A stretch of 64,000 nt of DNA from Acidiferrobacterales bacterium. GTDB lineage: Bacteria; Pseudomonadota; Gammaproteobacteria; Acidiferrobacterales; SPGG2. Each line of letters starts with the position of its first letter. The first letter of the stretch is position 1. A model generated the notes under the pieces. It did not search any database and was not told where the DNA came from. It saw nothing but the letters and a program-made list of their open reading frames with translations. Positions 56,946 through 64,000 of the stretch are shown one piece after another. Both the position numbers and the translations under genes were made by a program. The stretch covers positions 1,712-65,711 of the forward strand of contig JBHIDJ010000008.1 in the NCBI GenBank assembly GCA_046760105.1, read 5' to 3'.

Positions 56946-57620
56946 ATGATTGACTTCAACAATGTCTCGAAGCGCTATCCCGGTGGTCACGATGCCCTCA
57001 AGAATGTCAGTTTCAGTCTCGCGCGAGAAGAGATGGCACTGCTCACCGGCCATTCCGGCGCCGGCAAGAGCACGCTGCTAAAGCTCATTACCTTGATCGA
57101 GCGGCCCACGCGAGGACAGGCCATCGTTAACAATAAGAACCTTACGCGCGTTTCACGCCGACGGGTCCCGAACTTCCGCCGCGACATTGGTATTGTGTTT
57201 CAAGATTACAAGCTCTTGTACGACCGCACTGCTTTCGACAATGTTGCGCTGCCGTTGGTTGTTGCAGGATTGCATCACAAGGAGATCGGCCGGCGCGTGC
57301 GGGCAGCGTTGGACAAAGTCGGTCTTTTGAGAAAGGAGCGTGCCTACCCCATCACGCTGTCCGGCGGCGAGCAACAGCGGATTAGCATTGCCCGCGCGGT
57401 TGTCCATAAACCCGCTTTGCTGCTGGCGGATGAACCGACGGGCAATCTGGACCAGGCATTATCCGATGACATCATGGACCTGTTTCACCAATTCAACCAG
57501 GTAGGTGTCACCGTCCTGATCGCCACCCACGATCAACGCCAGATCCAACGGTTGGGCGGACGCGTACTGGAGCTCCGGCAAGGCGAGATGATCCATGACA
57601 CGGGAGCGGCCACCGTATGA
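56946..57620 (+). CDS. ftsE: Cell division ATP-binding protein FtsE
   Basis: 224 aa with GHSGAGKST, LSGGEQQR and LLLADEPTGNLD. No Shine-Dalgarno; the ATG lies 5 nt after repeat E. Confidence 0.95.
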   Translation: MIDFNNVSKRYPGGHDALKNVSFSLAREEMALLTGHSGAGKSTLLKLITLIERPTRGQAIVNNKNLTRVSRRRVPNFRRDIGIVFQDYKLLYDRTAFDNVALPLVVAGLHHKEIGRRVRAALDKVGLLRKERAYPITLSGGEQQRISIARAVVHKPALLLADEPTGNLDQALSDDIMDLFHQFNQVGVTVLIATHDQRQIQRLGGRVLELRQGEMIHDTGAATV

Positions 57621-58531
57621 AGGCCTACCTGCTTCGCCATTTGCAGGTTTTTTTCTATACCCTCGGACAACTGCTGCGCACGCCGTTTGCGTCTGTGATG
57701 ACGGTTGCCGTCATCGGCATCACCCTGGCGTTGCCCAGCGGCCTCTATGTTGCGATTGACAATCTCCAACGGCTGAGCGCTGGCTGGGATGGAAGCGCCA
57801 AGATCTCGCTGTTCCTGAAGCGCGAAGCCGGCGATGAGGTGGCGCAGCTACTCGGCCAAACGATCCGCCGCATGCCTAAGGTGGCGCGCGTCGAGTACAT
57901 ATCGCCGGCCAGCGCGTTGGCGGAATTCAAGCAGCTTTCGGGCTTCGGCGAGGCGCTCGATGCGCTCGACCACAACCCGTTGCCGCCCGTGTTGATCGTG
58001 CAGCCCGCTGACGGGTTTGACAATCCGGCGAGCCTCGAGGAGCTCGTCCAGCAGCTCGAGCGACACGGGGAGGTTGACCTCGCGCAACTGGACCTGGACT
58101 GGGTCAAGCGTCTACATGCATTGTTGCAGATCGCCCGGCGGGGTGTCTGGATTCTCGCCACCTTGTTAGCCCTGGCGGTGGTGCTGATTATCGGCAATAC
58201 CATCCGTCTGGCAGTGCTGAATCGACGCGACGAGATCGAGGTGATCAAACTCGTAGGAGGAACCAATGCCTTTATCCGGCGTCCGTTTTTGTATACCGGG
58301 CTCCTACAGGGCGTAGCCGGCGCCTTGGCGGCTTGGTTGCTGGTGAGTCTGTCGCTCAGCCTTTTAGCCGGACCCGTGCGTGAGCTGGCGAGCCTCTACG
58401 CCAGCAGCTTCCACACAAAAAGCCTAGGCATACAGGGTACGGCTGTCCTGCTGGTGGTGGGAGCCATTCTCGGCTGGCTCGGCGCGCGGATCGCGGTTGG
58501 CCGTCATCTGCGTGACATAGAACCAAGATAA
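57617..58531 (+). CDS. ftsX: Cell division permease-like protein FtsX
   Basis: 304 aa. It overlaps ftsE by 4 nt, has four TM segments and the periplasmic domain typical of FtsX. Confidence 0.9.
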   Translation: MKAYLLRHLQVFFYTLGQLLRTPFASVMTVAVIGITLALPSGLYVAIDNLQRLSAGWDGSAKISLFLKREAGDEVAQLLGQTIRRMPKVARVEYISPASALAEFKQLSGFGEALDALDHNPLPPVLIVQPADGFDNPASLEELVQQLERHGEVDLAQLDLDWVKRLHALLQIARRGVWILATLLALAVVLIIGNTIRLAVLNRRDEIEVIKLVGGTNAFIRRPFLYTGLLQGVAGALAAWLLVSLSLSLLAGPVRELASLYASSFHTKSLGIQGTAVLLVVGAILGWLGARIAVGRHLRDIEPR

Positions 58532-58563
58532 GTAGTTGAAATATAAAATAACAATGGGATATC

Positions 58564-58591
58564 GGAACCTTTTGCCCTGCTAGCACTCTAA
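58564..58591 (+). promoter_or_regulatory. Putative sigmaE (RpoE)-type promoter of rpoH
   Basis: GGAACCT - 16 nt - TCTAA, against the consensus GGAACTT-N16-TCNAA. It lies about 70 nt upstream of the rpoH ATG. rpoH P3 is sigmaE-dependent in E. coli. Confidence 0.45.
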
Positions 58592-58657
58592 TGGCTCGAG
58601 TGCTAAAATAATCACAAATTTGAACCCCTTTAGCGATTGGGAGGAGGTTTCCCGAGG

Positions 58658-59512
58658 ATGATACGAAGTTTACCGATTCCGGTTCCGGTAAATGCGGACA
58701 CGGGATTGGCGACCTATATTCAGGCGGTCAACGCCCAACCTATCCTGAGCGCCGACGAAGAGCGAGATTTGGCTTTGCGGTATCTCCGTGAAGGTGATCT
58801 CGAGGCGGCGCGACAGCTGGTGCTTTCGCACCTGCGCTACGTCGTGCGCATCGCGCGTGGGTTCACCGGATACGGGCTGCCCCAGGGCGACCTGATTCAA
58901 GAGGGCAATATCGGGCTCATGAAGGCCGTTAAGCATTTCGATCCCAAACGCGGTGTACGCCTCGTCTCGTTTGCCGTTCATTGGATCCGCGCGCAGATTT
59001 ACGACTACATCCTGCGCAATTGGCGCATGGTCAAGGTGGCGACCACCAAAGCGCAACGCAAACTATTCTTCAATCTGCGCAAGAATCGGGCGCGGCTCGA
59101 GTGGATGAAACCCGATGAGATAGACGCGCTCGCCGAAAATCTCGACGTTCCGGTTGAAACCGTGCAGGAAATGGAGTCGCGCATGACCGGTGCCGATGTC
59201 CCGTTCGACGCAGACACCGACAGCGACGACGATGAGCTGCGAGTGGCGCCCGCCGGCTATCTACAAGACATGCGCTATAACCCGGAAGCGCTGGCGACCG
59301 AGGCCGATGAAGAGACGACGCGTCATGAGAATCTCGATCAGGCGTTGACGTCCCTGGACGAGCGCAGCCGCGATATCGTCAAACGCCGCTGGTTGGACGA
59401 AGACAAACCAACTCTGCACGAACTCGCCAAAGAATATGGTGTCTCGGCCGAGCGCATCCGCCAGATCGAGAAGAAAGCGCTCGGCATCATGAAAAACAGA
59501 CTTGTCGCCTGA
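58658..59512 (+). CDS. rpoH: RNA polymerase sigma-32 (heat-shock sigma factor)
   Basis: ATG at 58658 downstream of GGAGGAGG. It carries the RpoH box QRKLFFNLRK, region 2.4 IQEGNIGLMKAV and a region 4 HTH. Confidence 0.95.
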   Translation: MIRSLPIPVPVNADTGLATYIQAVNAQPILSADEERDLALRYLREGDLEAARQLVLSHLRYVVRIARGFTGYGLPQGDLIQEGNIGLMKAVKHFDPKRGVRLVSFAVHWIRAQIYDYILRNWRMVKVATTKAQRKLFFNLRKNRARLEWMKPDEIDALAENLDVPVETVQEMESRMTGADVPFDADTDSDDDELRVAPAGYLQDMRYNPEALATEADEETTRHENLDQALTSLDERSRDIVKRRWLDEDKPTLHELAKEYGVSAERIRQIEKKALGIMKNRLVA

Positions 59513-59535
59513 GACTAATTGACCCCAATTAAAAA

Positions 59536-59560
59536 GGCTCCCATCCGGGAGCCTTTTCTG
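59536..59560. terminator. Bidirectional Rho-independent terminator (rpoH / HAD hydrolase, convergent)
   Basis: AAAAA-GGCTCCC-atcc-GGGAGCC-TTTTCT. A perfect 7-bp GC-rich stem is flanked by an A-run and a T-run. Confidence 0.75.
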
Positions 59561-59599
59561 CTTTCAAGGGATCTCTTCTAAGGCGTCACGCCCCGTGCA

Positions 59600-60277
59600 T
59601 CACTTCTCAATGATTTCCCATCCCTTTTTCTCTGCGATTCGTCGCAGACGGTGATCTGGATGAACAACAACAGGTTTGTCTACCTGTTGCAGCAGCGGGA
59701 AGTCGTAAATGGCATCCGCATAGGCAATGCACTGCGATAGATCGTAGCCAAGTTCTGTGCAAACGTGCCTTGCACACTTTGGCTTCTCCTTGTAGAACGG
59801 ATGGACAGCAGGCGGGCGGGCGGTAAACACACCATTCTCCCGAGCACACACAGTGGCGGCGAATCCTTGTACACCTAACCAACTGACAAGCGGTCGGATG
59901 ATAAAATCAGGTGCGCCAGTCAACAATGCTACCGGGTCGCCCGCTTTCTTGTGTTGCTGCACGCGATCGACCACCGACCGTCTCAGACGCTCGAGAACGA
60001 TCTCGCGCACAAAAGCGTCCGCCAAGCCTTCTACGTCCTTTATCTTTAAGCCCGCCAAGTAGGCCTTGTTCTTGTTCGCTGTGTACAAGCCATAGCGGAA
60101 CACCCAGCGAGGAAAAAATGCAAGTCCCGCCGCCACCTGGCGAGGACCGAGCATATGCCGTTTCCATAGGTACGACACAAATAGCCGTTCGGTGCTGGGC
60201 CCCTCGATGAGGGTGCCGTCAACATCAATCAGAACGCACGCCACCCATTTGGACCCGTGTTTTGCAACATCATCCAC
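59600..60277 (-). CDS. HAD-IB family hydrolase (phosphoserine phosphatase-like)
   Basis: 225 aa with motif I LIDVDGTLI and a later YADAIYD motif. Confidence 0.8.
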   Translation of the reverse strand: MDDVAKHGSKWVACVLIDVDGTLIEGPSTERLFVSYLWKRHMLGPRQVAAGLAFFPRWVFRYGLYTANKNKAYLAGLKIKDVEGLADAFVREIVLERLRRSVVDRVQQHKKAGDPVALLTGAPDFIIRPLVSWLGVQGFAATVCARENGVFTARPPAVHPFYKEKPKCARHVCTELGYDLSQCIAYADAIYDFPLLQQVDKPVVVHPDHRLRRIAEKKGWEIIEK

Positions 60278-60332
60278 GCCGTGCTAATGGCACCAGATCG
60301 ACTCGTCCCTCGTGCGAGCTACCAATACCGGT

Positions 60333-61265
60333 TTACAAACCCGCCGCGTTCGCCAGAAAGCGGTTCAACCCGTCTTCGTAGCGTTTGCCCGTAACGACAA
60401 AACCATCATTGTGAGTGCCCTGGATTACGAGAAACTCTTTCGGCGGGCGTGCAGCCTCAAACAATCTGCGTCCGTGCGAAAAAGGAATAATGTCATCCTC
60501 CTGGCTATGTACGACGAGAATCGGACAGTTCAATCCCGCCACATAGTCTATGGTTGCGTAATTAAACCTTGTGAGCCACTGTACCGGCATGAAGGGATAA
60601 AACTTCGCAGCCAGGTCCGGCACACCCGTAAACGCCGACTCGATGATTACGGCACGCGGTGTGTGCTTTTGCGCTAGCCAAGTAGCGACAGCAGCACCGA
60701 GCGAACGGCCGAAGAAGACAATGCGTGACGGATCCAGCTTGCGCGTCTGCACGAGGTAACGCCAGGCGGCCTCGGCATCGTGGTACGTTCCCACTTCAGT
60801 TGGCTTGCCTTCGCTTTCCCCGTAACCGCGATAATCAAATATGAACGTGCTCAAGCCGAGCTTTTGGAAAAGCTGTAGGGATATCATGCGGTGAGAGATA
60901 TTGCCGGCGTTGCCATGAAAGAACAGGACAACGCCCCGCTGCTTTGCCACCGGCAGATACCAGCCGGACAGGGCGAGCCCGTCCCGCGTGGTAAACGATA
61001 CCGGCTCATAGGTGAGCCCATAGTCCTTGGGCGTAGCGACAAGCTTCCGTTGCGGATAATAAATAAGACTACCCTGGAAGGTGTAAAGCAGCCCCGCGAA
61101 AAGAACGTAAGCCGCCACCAATGTCAGAACAATTAATGTGATGCCGTTCCACATATGGCCGTGTTTCCGCCTTGGCCAGTAAGAACTCGCATACCCCAGT
61201 TCGCGCACTCCCAGCGACCCAGGGCGCATACGCAATATCTTCTCGATCGTGGGGGCTCGCATCAA
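60333..61265 (-). CDS. Membrane-anchored alpha/beta hydrolase
   Basis: 310 aa as tracked. It has a TM helix (ITLIVLTLVAAYVLFAG), HGNAGN and the nucleophile elbow GRSLG. The start may be an internal M. Confidence 0.8.
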   Translation of the reverse strand: MMRAPTIEKILRMRPGSLGVRELGYASSYWPRRKHGHMWNGITLIVLTLVAAYVLFAGLLYTFQGSLIYYPQRKLVATPKDYGLTYEPVSFTTRDGLALSGWYLPVAKQRGVVLFFHGNAGNISHRMISLQLFQKLGLSTFIFDYRGYGESEGKPTEVGTYHDAEAAWRYLVQTRKLDPSRIVFFGRSLGAAVATWLAQKHTPRAVIIESAFTGVPDLAAKFYPFMPVQWLTRFNYATIDYVAGLNCPILVVHSQEDDIIPFSHGRRLFEAARPPKEFLVIQGTHNDGFVVTGKRYEDGLNRFLANAAGL

Positions 61266-61344
61266 GCCCCCGGCGCAAGACGCAGGCTTCTATTGTCGCA
61301 AAATGCCAGTATAGTTACCTAACGCGAGGTACTTGTAACCACAG

Positions 61345-62478
61345 ATGAGCGGGGTCTCAATGGAGCGCTTCAAGGCTGGGCATGCCTGCGGGGCTGATTG
61401 GTATCAGGCGGCTGAAGCCTGTCTTGAGCAAGTAGGGCACATTCCGGCACGTGCCAATCTCGGGTTTCTGTACGTTACCGACACCTTGGTATCTCAGCTG
61501 CGCGAGATCCTCGCATACTTTAAGGACGTTACGGGCATCGAGCAGTGGGTCGGCACCGTGGGTATGGGCGTTTGCGGCAACGGGCGAGAGTATTTCGATC
61601 AACCGGCGGTCACGGCTATGGTGGCGACGTTTCCGGACGACTCGTTCCGCGTGTTCTCTACTATCAAATCGAGCGTGGACGATTTCGTACACAACAATCA
61701 GAGCTGGTACGTAAAGGTCAATTCACGCTTCGGCATCGTGCACGCGGATCCGCGCAACACAAAGATACCGGCATTCATCGCTCAGCTTGCCGATGAGATC
61801 ATGGGCGGCTTTCTCGTCGGCGGCTTGACCTCATCACGCGGCGCTTACTCGCAGATCGCAAAAGAGGTCACCGAGGGCGGTATTTCCGGCGTATTGCTCG
61901 CCGGTGACATCGCGGTCACAACCGCGCTAACCCAGAGTTGCGCGCCCATCGGGGGTAAGCACGAGATTACCGAATGTCAGAGCAACGTCGCCATCACCAT
62001 CGACGAGCGGCCGGCATTCGATGTATTCCACGAAGATGTCGGTGACTTAATTGCCCGCGACCCGCACGGGTCAGTCGGTTACGTCTTCGCGGCGCTCCCG
62101 ATAAAAGGGTCGGACACGGGCGACTATCTGGTCAGACATCTAGTCGGCTTCGATCCCGAAAAGAAGTTGTTAGCCGTGGGAGAGAAGCTCGAGCCCGGCG
62201 ATTCAATCATGTTCTGCCGGCGGGACACCGACAGCGCCTACAAAGATCTGCTGCGGATGCTGCGGGATATCGAAGGCCGTGCCAATGGAACACCTAAAGG
62301 CGGGGTCTATTATTCCTGTGTTGGGCGGGGACCAAGCTTGTTCGGTCAGAACTCGGAGGAACTCAAAGTCATCCAACAAGAGCTCGGTGACTTCCCCCTT
62401 GTCGGATTTTTCGGTAACGGCGAGGTATCCCACAACCGGCTCTATGGCTATACTGGGGTATTGACCCTGTTTCTTTAG
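61345..62478 (+). CDS. FIST N/C domain-containing sensor-like protein
   Basis: 377 aa with the general FIST_N/FIST_C layout (..FLYVTD.., ..GGLTSS.., ..LVGFFGNGEV..). The start may be 61360. Confidence 0.75.
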   Translation: MSGVSMERFKAGHACGADWYQAAEACLEQVGHIPARANLGFLYVTDTLVSQLREILAYFKDVTGIEQWVGTVGMGVCGNGREYFDQPAVTAMVATFPDDSFRVFSTIKSSVDDFVHNNQSWYVKVNSRFGIVHADPRNTKIPAFIAQLADEIMGGFLVGGLTSSRGAYSQIAKEVTEGGISGVLLAGDIAVTTALTQSCAPIGGKHEITECQSNVAITIDERPAFDVFHEDVGDLIARDPHGSVGYVFAALPIKGSDTGDYLVRHLVGFDPEKKLLAVGEKLEPGDSIMFCRRDTDSAYKDLLRMLRDIEGRANGTPKGGVYYSCVGRGPSLFGQNSEELKVIQQELGDFPLVGFFGNGEVSHNRLYGYTGVLTLFL

Positions 62479-62506
62479 CGAATCACTGGCGCAGGTGGAG
62501 TAAACG

Positions 62507-62914
62507 ATGGAGCTCGTGCTGCCCCCCATTTATCTTTTTGACAAGTACGGCGACGCGAAGCGGGAGCGCCTCGCTGAGGAAAAGGTAGAAAACTCCGCCA
62601 AAGAGGAACGGCGTTTGTTCTGCGCCTCATGCCGGAATGCGATTACCAGTCAGGACGACCGGATCAGCGTCCAGGGCGGTCAAGAACACACGTTTACCAA
62701 CCCTCATGGTTATATGTTTCACATTGGGTGCTTCCACCATAGCCGCGGATGTGCGCACGTGGGCGACGCAACGTCGGCGTGGAGCTGGTTCAGGGGATTC
62801 ACCTGGCGTATCGCGCTGTGCGCGAATTGCAATGCCCACCTGGGCTGGCTCTTCCAGGCTCCGGACGAACAGTTCCACGGACTCATCCTCAACCGCCTGA
62901 CGTCGGTACACTAA
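62507..62914 (+). CDS. Bacterial cereblon-isoform (CULT domain) protein
   Basis: 135 aa with a CxxC...CxxC zinc site (CASCRN, CANCNAHLGW) and the three cage tryptophans (SAWSWF, FTW, LGW), as in the thalidomide-binding domain. Confidence 0.75.
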   Translation: MELVLPPIYLFDKYGDAKRERLAEEKVENSAKEERRLFCASCRNAITSQDDRISVQGGQEHTFTNPHGYMFHIGCFHHSRGCAHVGDATSAWSWFRGFTWRIALCANCNAHLGWLFQAPDEQFHGLILNRLTSVH

Positions 62915-62929
62915 CCGCCTCCACCCCCA

Positions 62930-63100
62930 CCTCACCCTCCCCAACAAGTGGGGGAACGCCCCTCCCCGGCCCTCCCCGACAAGCGGGGAGGGAGCGAACG
63001 GATAGATTCAGTGCGACATCCGGCTGCTCTAAACGCTCAGTTGTAGCTCAAGAACGCAATTCCCCCTCCCCTTGTGGGAGGGGGCTAGGGGGAGGGGGCT
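62930..63100. repeat. GC-rich REP-like hairpin cluster
   Basis: Three hairpins of the type CCCTCCCC-loop-GGGGAGGG: 62937-62956 (weak), 62970-62992 (8-bp stem) and 63062-63084 (9-bp stem). An extra GGGGGAGGGGG copy follows at 63088-63098. Confidence 0.65.
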
Positions 63101-64000
63101 TTGTAGATCTCGCTATCCGGACGGAAAGCAAGCCAAGCAAAGGCGAAGTGCACACCGTTGTCTACCCCTGACAAACGCTCACCTTTGAGCGGGCCGGTCA
63201 CCGCTTGTCCCAGTTGGTTCCACTGCGTACCGGTCTCTTGGTCGACGATCTTGCCATCGGCGAGTTGAAAGTGCAGCACGCGGTCGCCAACGCGGCGGTC
63301 AAATCCGTTTGCAGCTTGAATCAAACGGGAGTTCTTGATATTAGCCTTATCCAGGACAGACAGTGTGGAGCGTTTATGAATGATGACGAGCGGTAAACCC
63401 GCGAATTCGTCATTCACCACGCCCTCGTCCTTGAACTGGCTAAACGGATAGATCCGGCTCTTGCCATCACGCATCACTCCCAATACTCGCTCCATCGCCG
63501 GGAGCCGGTCATCCACGGGATCAAAGAATAGAAACGGCCTGTCGCCCACCTGATCATAACCGCGGTAGGGATTGTTCCCATAGGGGCGTAAATAGCCAGT
63601 GCTTTTTGAGAGCACCTCTCCTGACGGGTAGGCGGCCTTGAACTCTTTATACGCTACAATCTGAGAAGGAATTTGCCGCAACTCGGTATTCAGGTATTCG
63701 CCGACGATGCTCTTTCCGATGAACTGTTGCCACCAGCTCTCGGTCTGACGGTCATACATGACAAGATCGCTCTTTCGTAATTTGCCGGTTGTGCCGAAAT
63801 CCAACACCTTTCCTCCTACACGGCGGTCGAACACGATCGAGGCGTTACATAAAGGACAAAAGGTGACCGAGATAGACAAATCCTCAAATGTGTCGTTAAC
63901 GATCTCGTGGTAGATCAGAATCTGTAACGGGTAGGCCCTGCCACGCCCTTGTCGTTGGACAACGATCACGGGCTCGCGTGGATCCAGCCAAGCGTCTGCT
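63085..64000 (-). CDS. DUF3179 domain protein, 5' end beyond the window
   Basis: The ORF stays open to the window edge (..ADAWLDPREPVIVVQRQGRGRAYPLQILIYHEIVND..TFCPLCN..YDRQTESWWQQ), which is the DUF3179 pattern. The track start at 63969 is only an internal GTG. Confidence 0.75.
   Translation of the reverse strand, partial: ADAWLDPREPVIVVQRQGRGRAYPLQILIYHEIVNDTFEDLSISVTFCPLCNASIVFDRRVGGKVLDFGTTGKLRKSDLVMYDRQTESWWQQFIGKSIVGEYLNTELRQIPSQIVAYKEFKAAYPSGEVLSKSTGYLRPYGNNPYRGYDQVGDRPFLFFDPVDDRLPAMERVLGVMRDGKSRIYPFSQFKDEGVVNDEFAGLPLVIIHKRSTLSVLDKANIKNSRLIQAANGFDRRVGDRVLHFQLADGKIVDQETGTQWNQLGQAVTGPLKGERLSGVDNGVHFAFAWLAFRPDSEIYKAPSP

Overview
This window is densely coding core chromosome from a high-GC (about 58-60 % by eye) proteobacterium, most likely a gammaproteobacterium. 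I count about 65 protein genes and saw no rRNA, tRNA, CRISPR, transposase or phage genes. The taxonomic guess rests on synteny: argH next to AlgZ-like kinases-algR-hemC-hemD-hemX-hemY (as in Pseudomonas), ftsY-ftsE-ftsX-rpoH, lon...lptM-lysA-methyltransferase-dapF-DUF484-xerC-lpxC, and prkA-yeaH. Other housekeeping genes include rsmE, rsmJ, rsmD, coaD, mutM, ggt and cfa. All protein calls come from motif and family recognition on the supplied ORF translations; no database search was run, and several start codons were re-picked by eye. The most unusual signal is not a gene. It is a family of five intergenic elements at 22611-22735, 25403-25501, 46639-46798, 51537-51632 and 56810-56941. Each is built from opposed arrays of 7-nt units, (NNNCAAG)n - spacer - (CTTGNNN)n. 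Each begins at or around the stop codon of the upstream gene and ends 5-27 nt before a downstream start codon that lacks a Shine-Dalgarno sequence. One copy splits ftsY from ftsE. I do not recognise this as a named repeat family. Other points worth a second look: a secreted protein made of about 12 copies of an 11-residue Arg/Asp repeat, directly upstream of an overlapping ECF-sigma/DUF3619/small acidic/DUF3106 operon; two tandem AlgZ/FimS-type histidine kinases upstream of one AlgR; an orphan GspE/PilB-type ATPase behind a well-spaced sigma54 promoter; a sigma54 promoter and an 800-bp low-GC non-coding tract upstream of prkA, next to a low-GC TM2-domain gene pair; an orphan terminator-like structure (candidate sRNA) between argH and the kinases; a solitary bacterial dynamin-like GTPase; a FIST protein paired with a bacterial cereblon (CULT) protein; an LplT-PlsC fusion; and GC-rich REP-like hairpins near the right edge.
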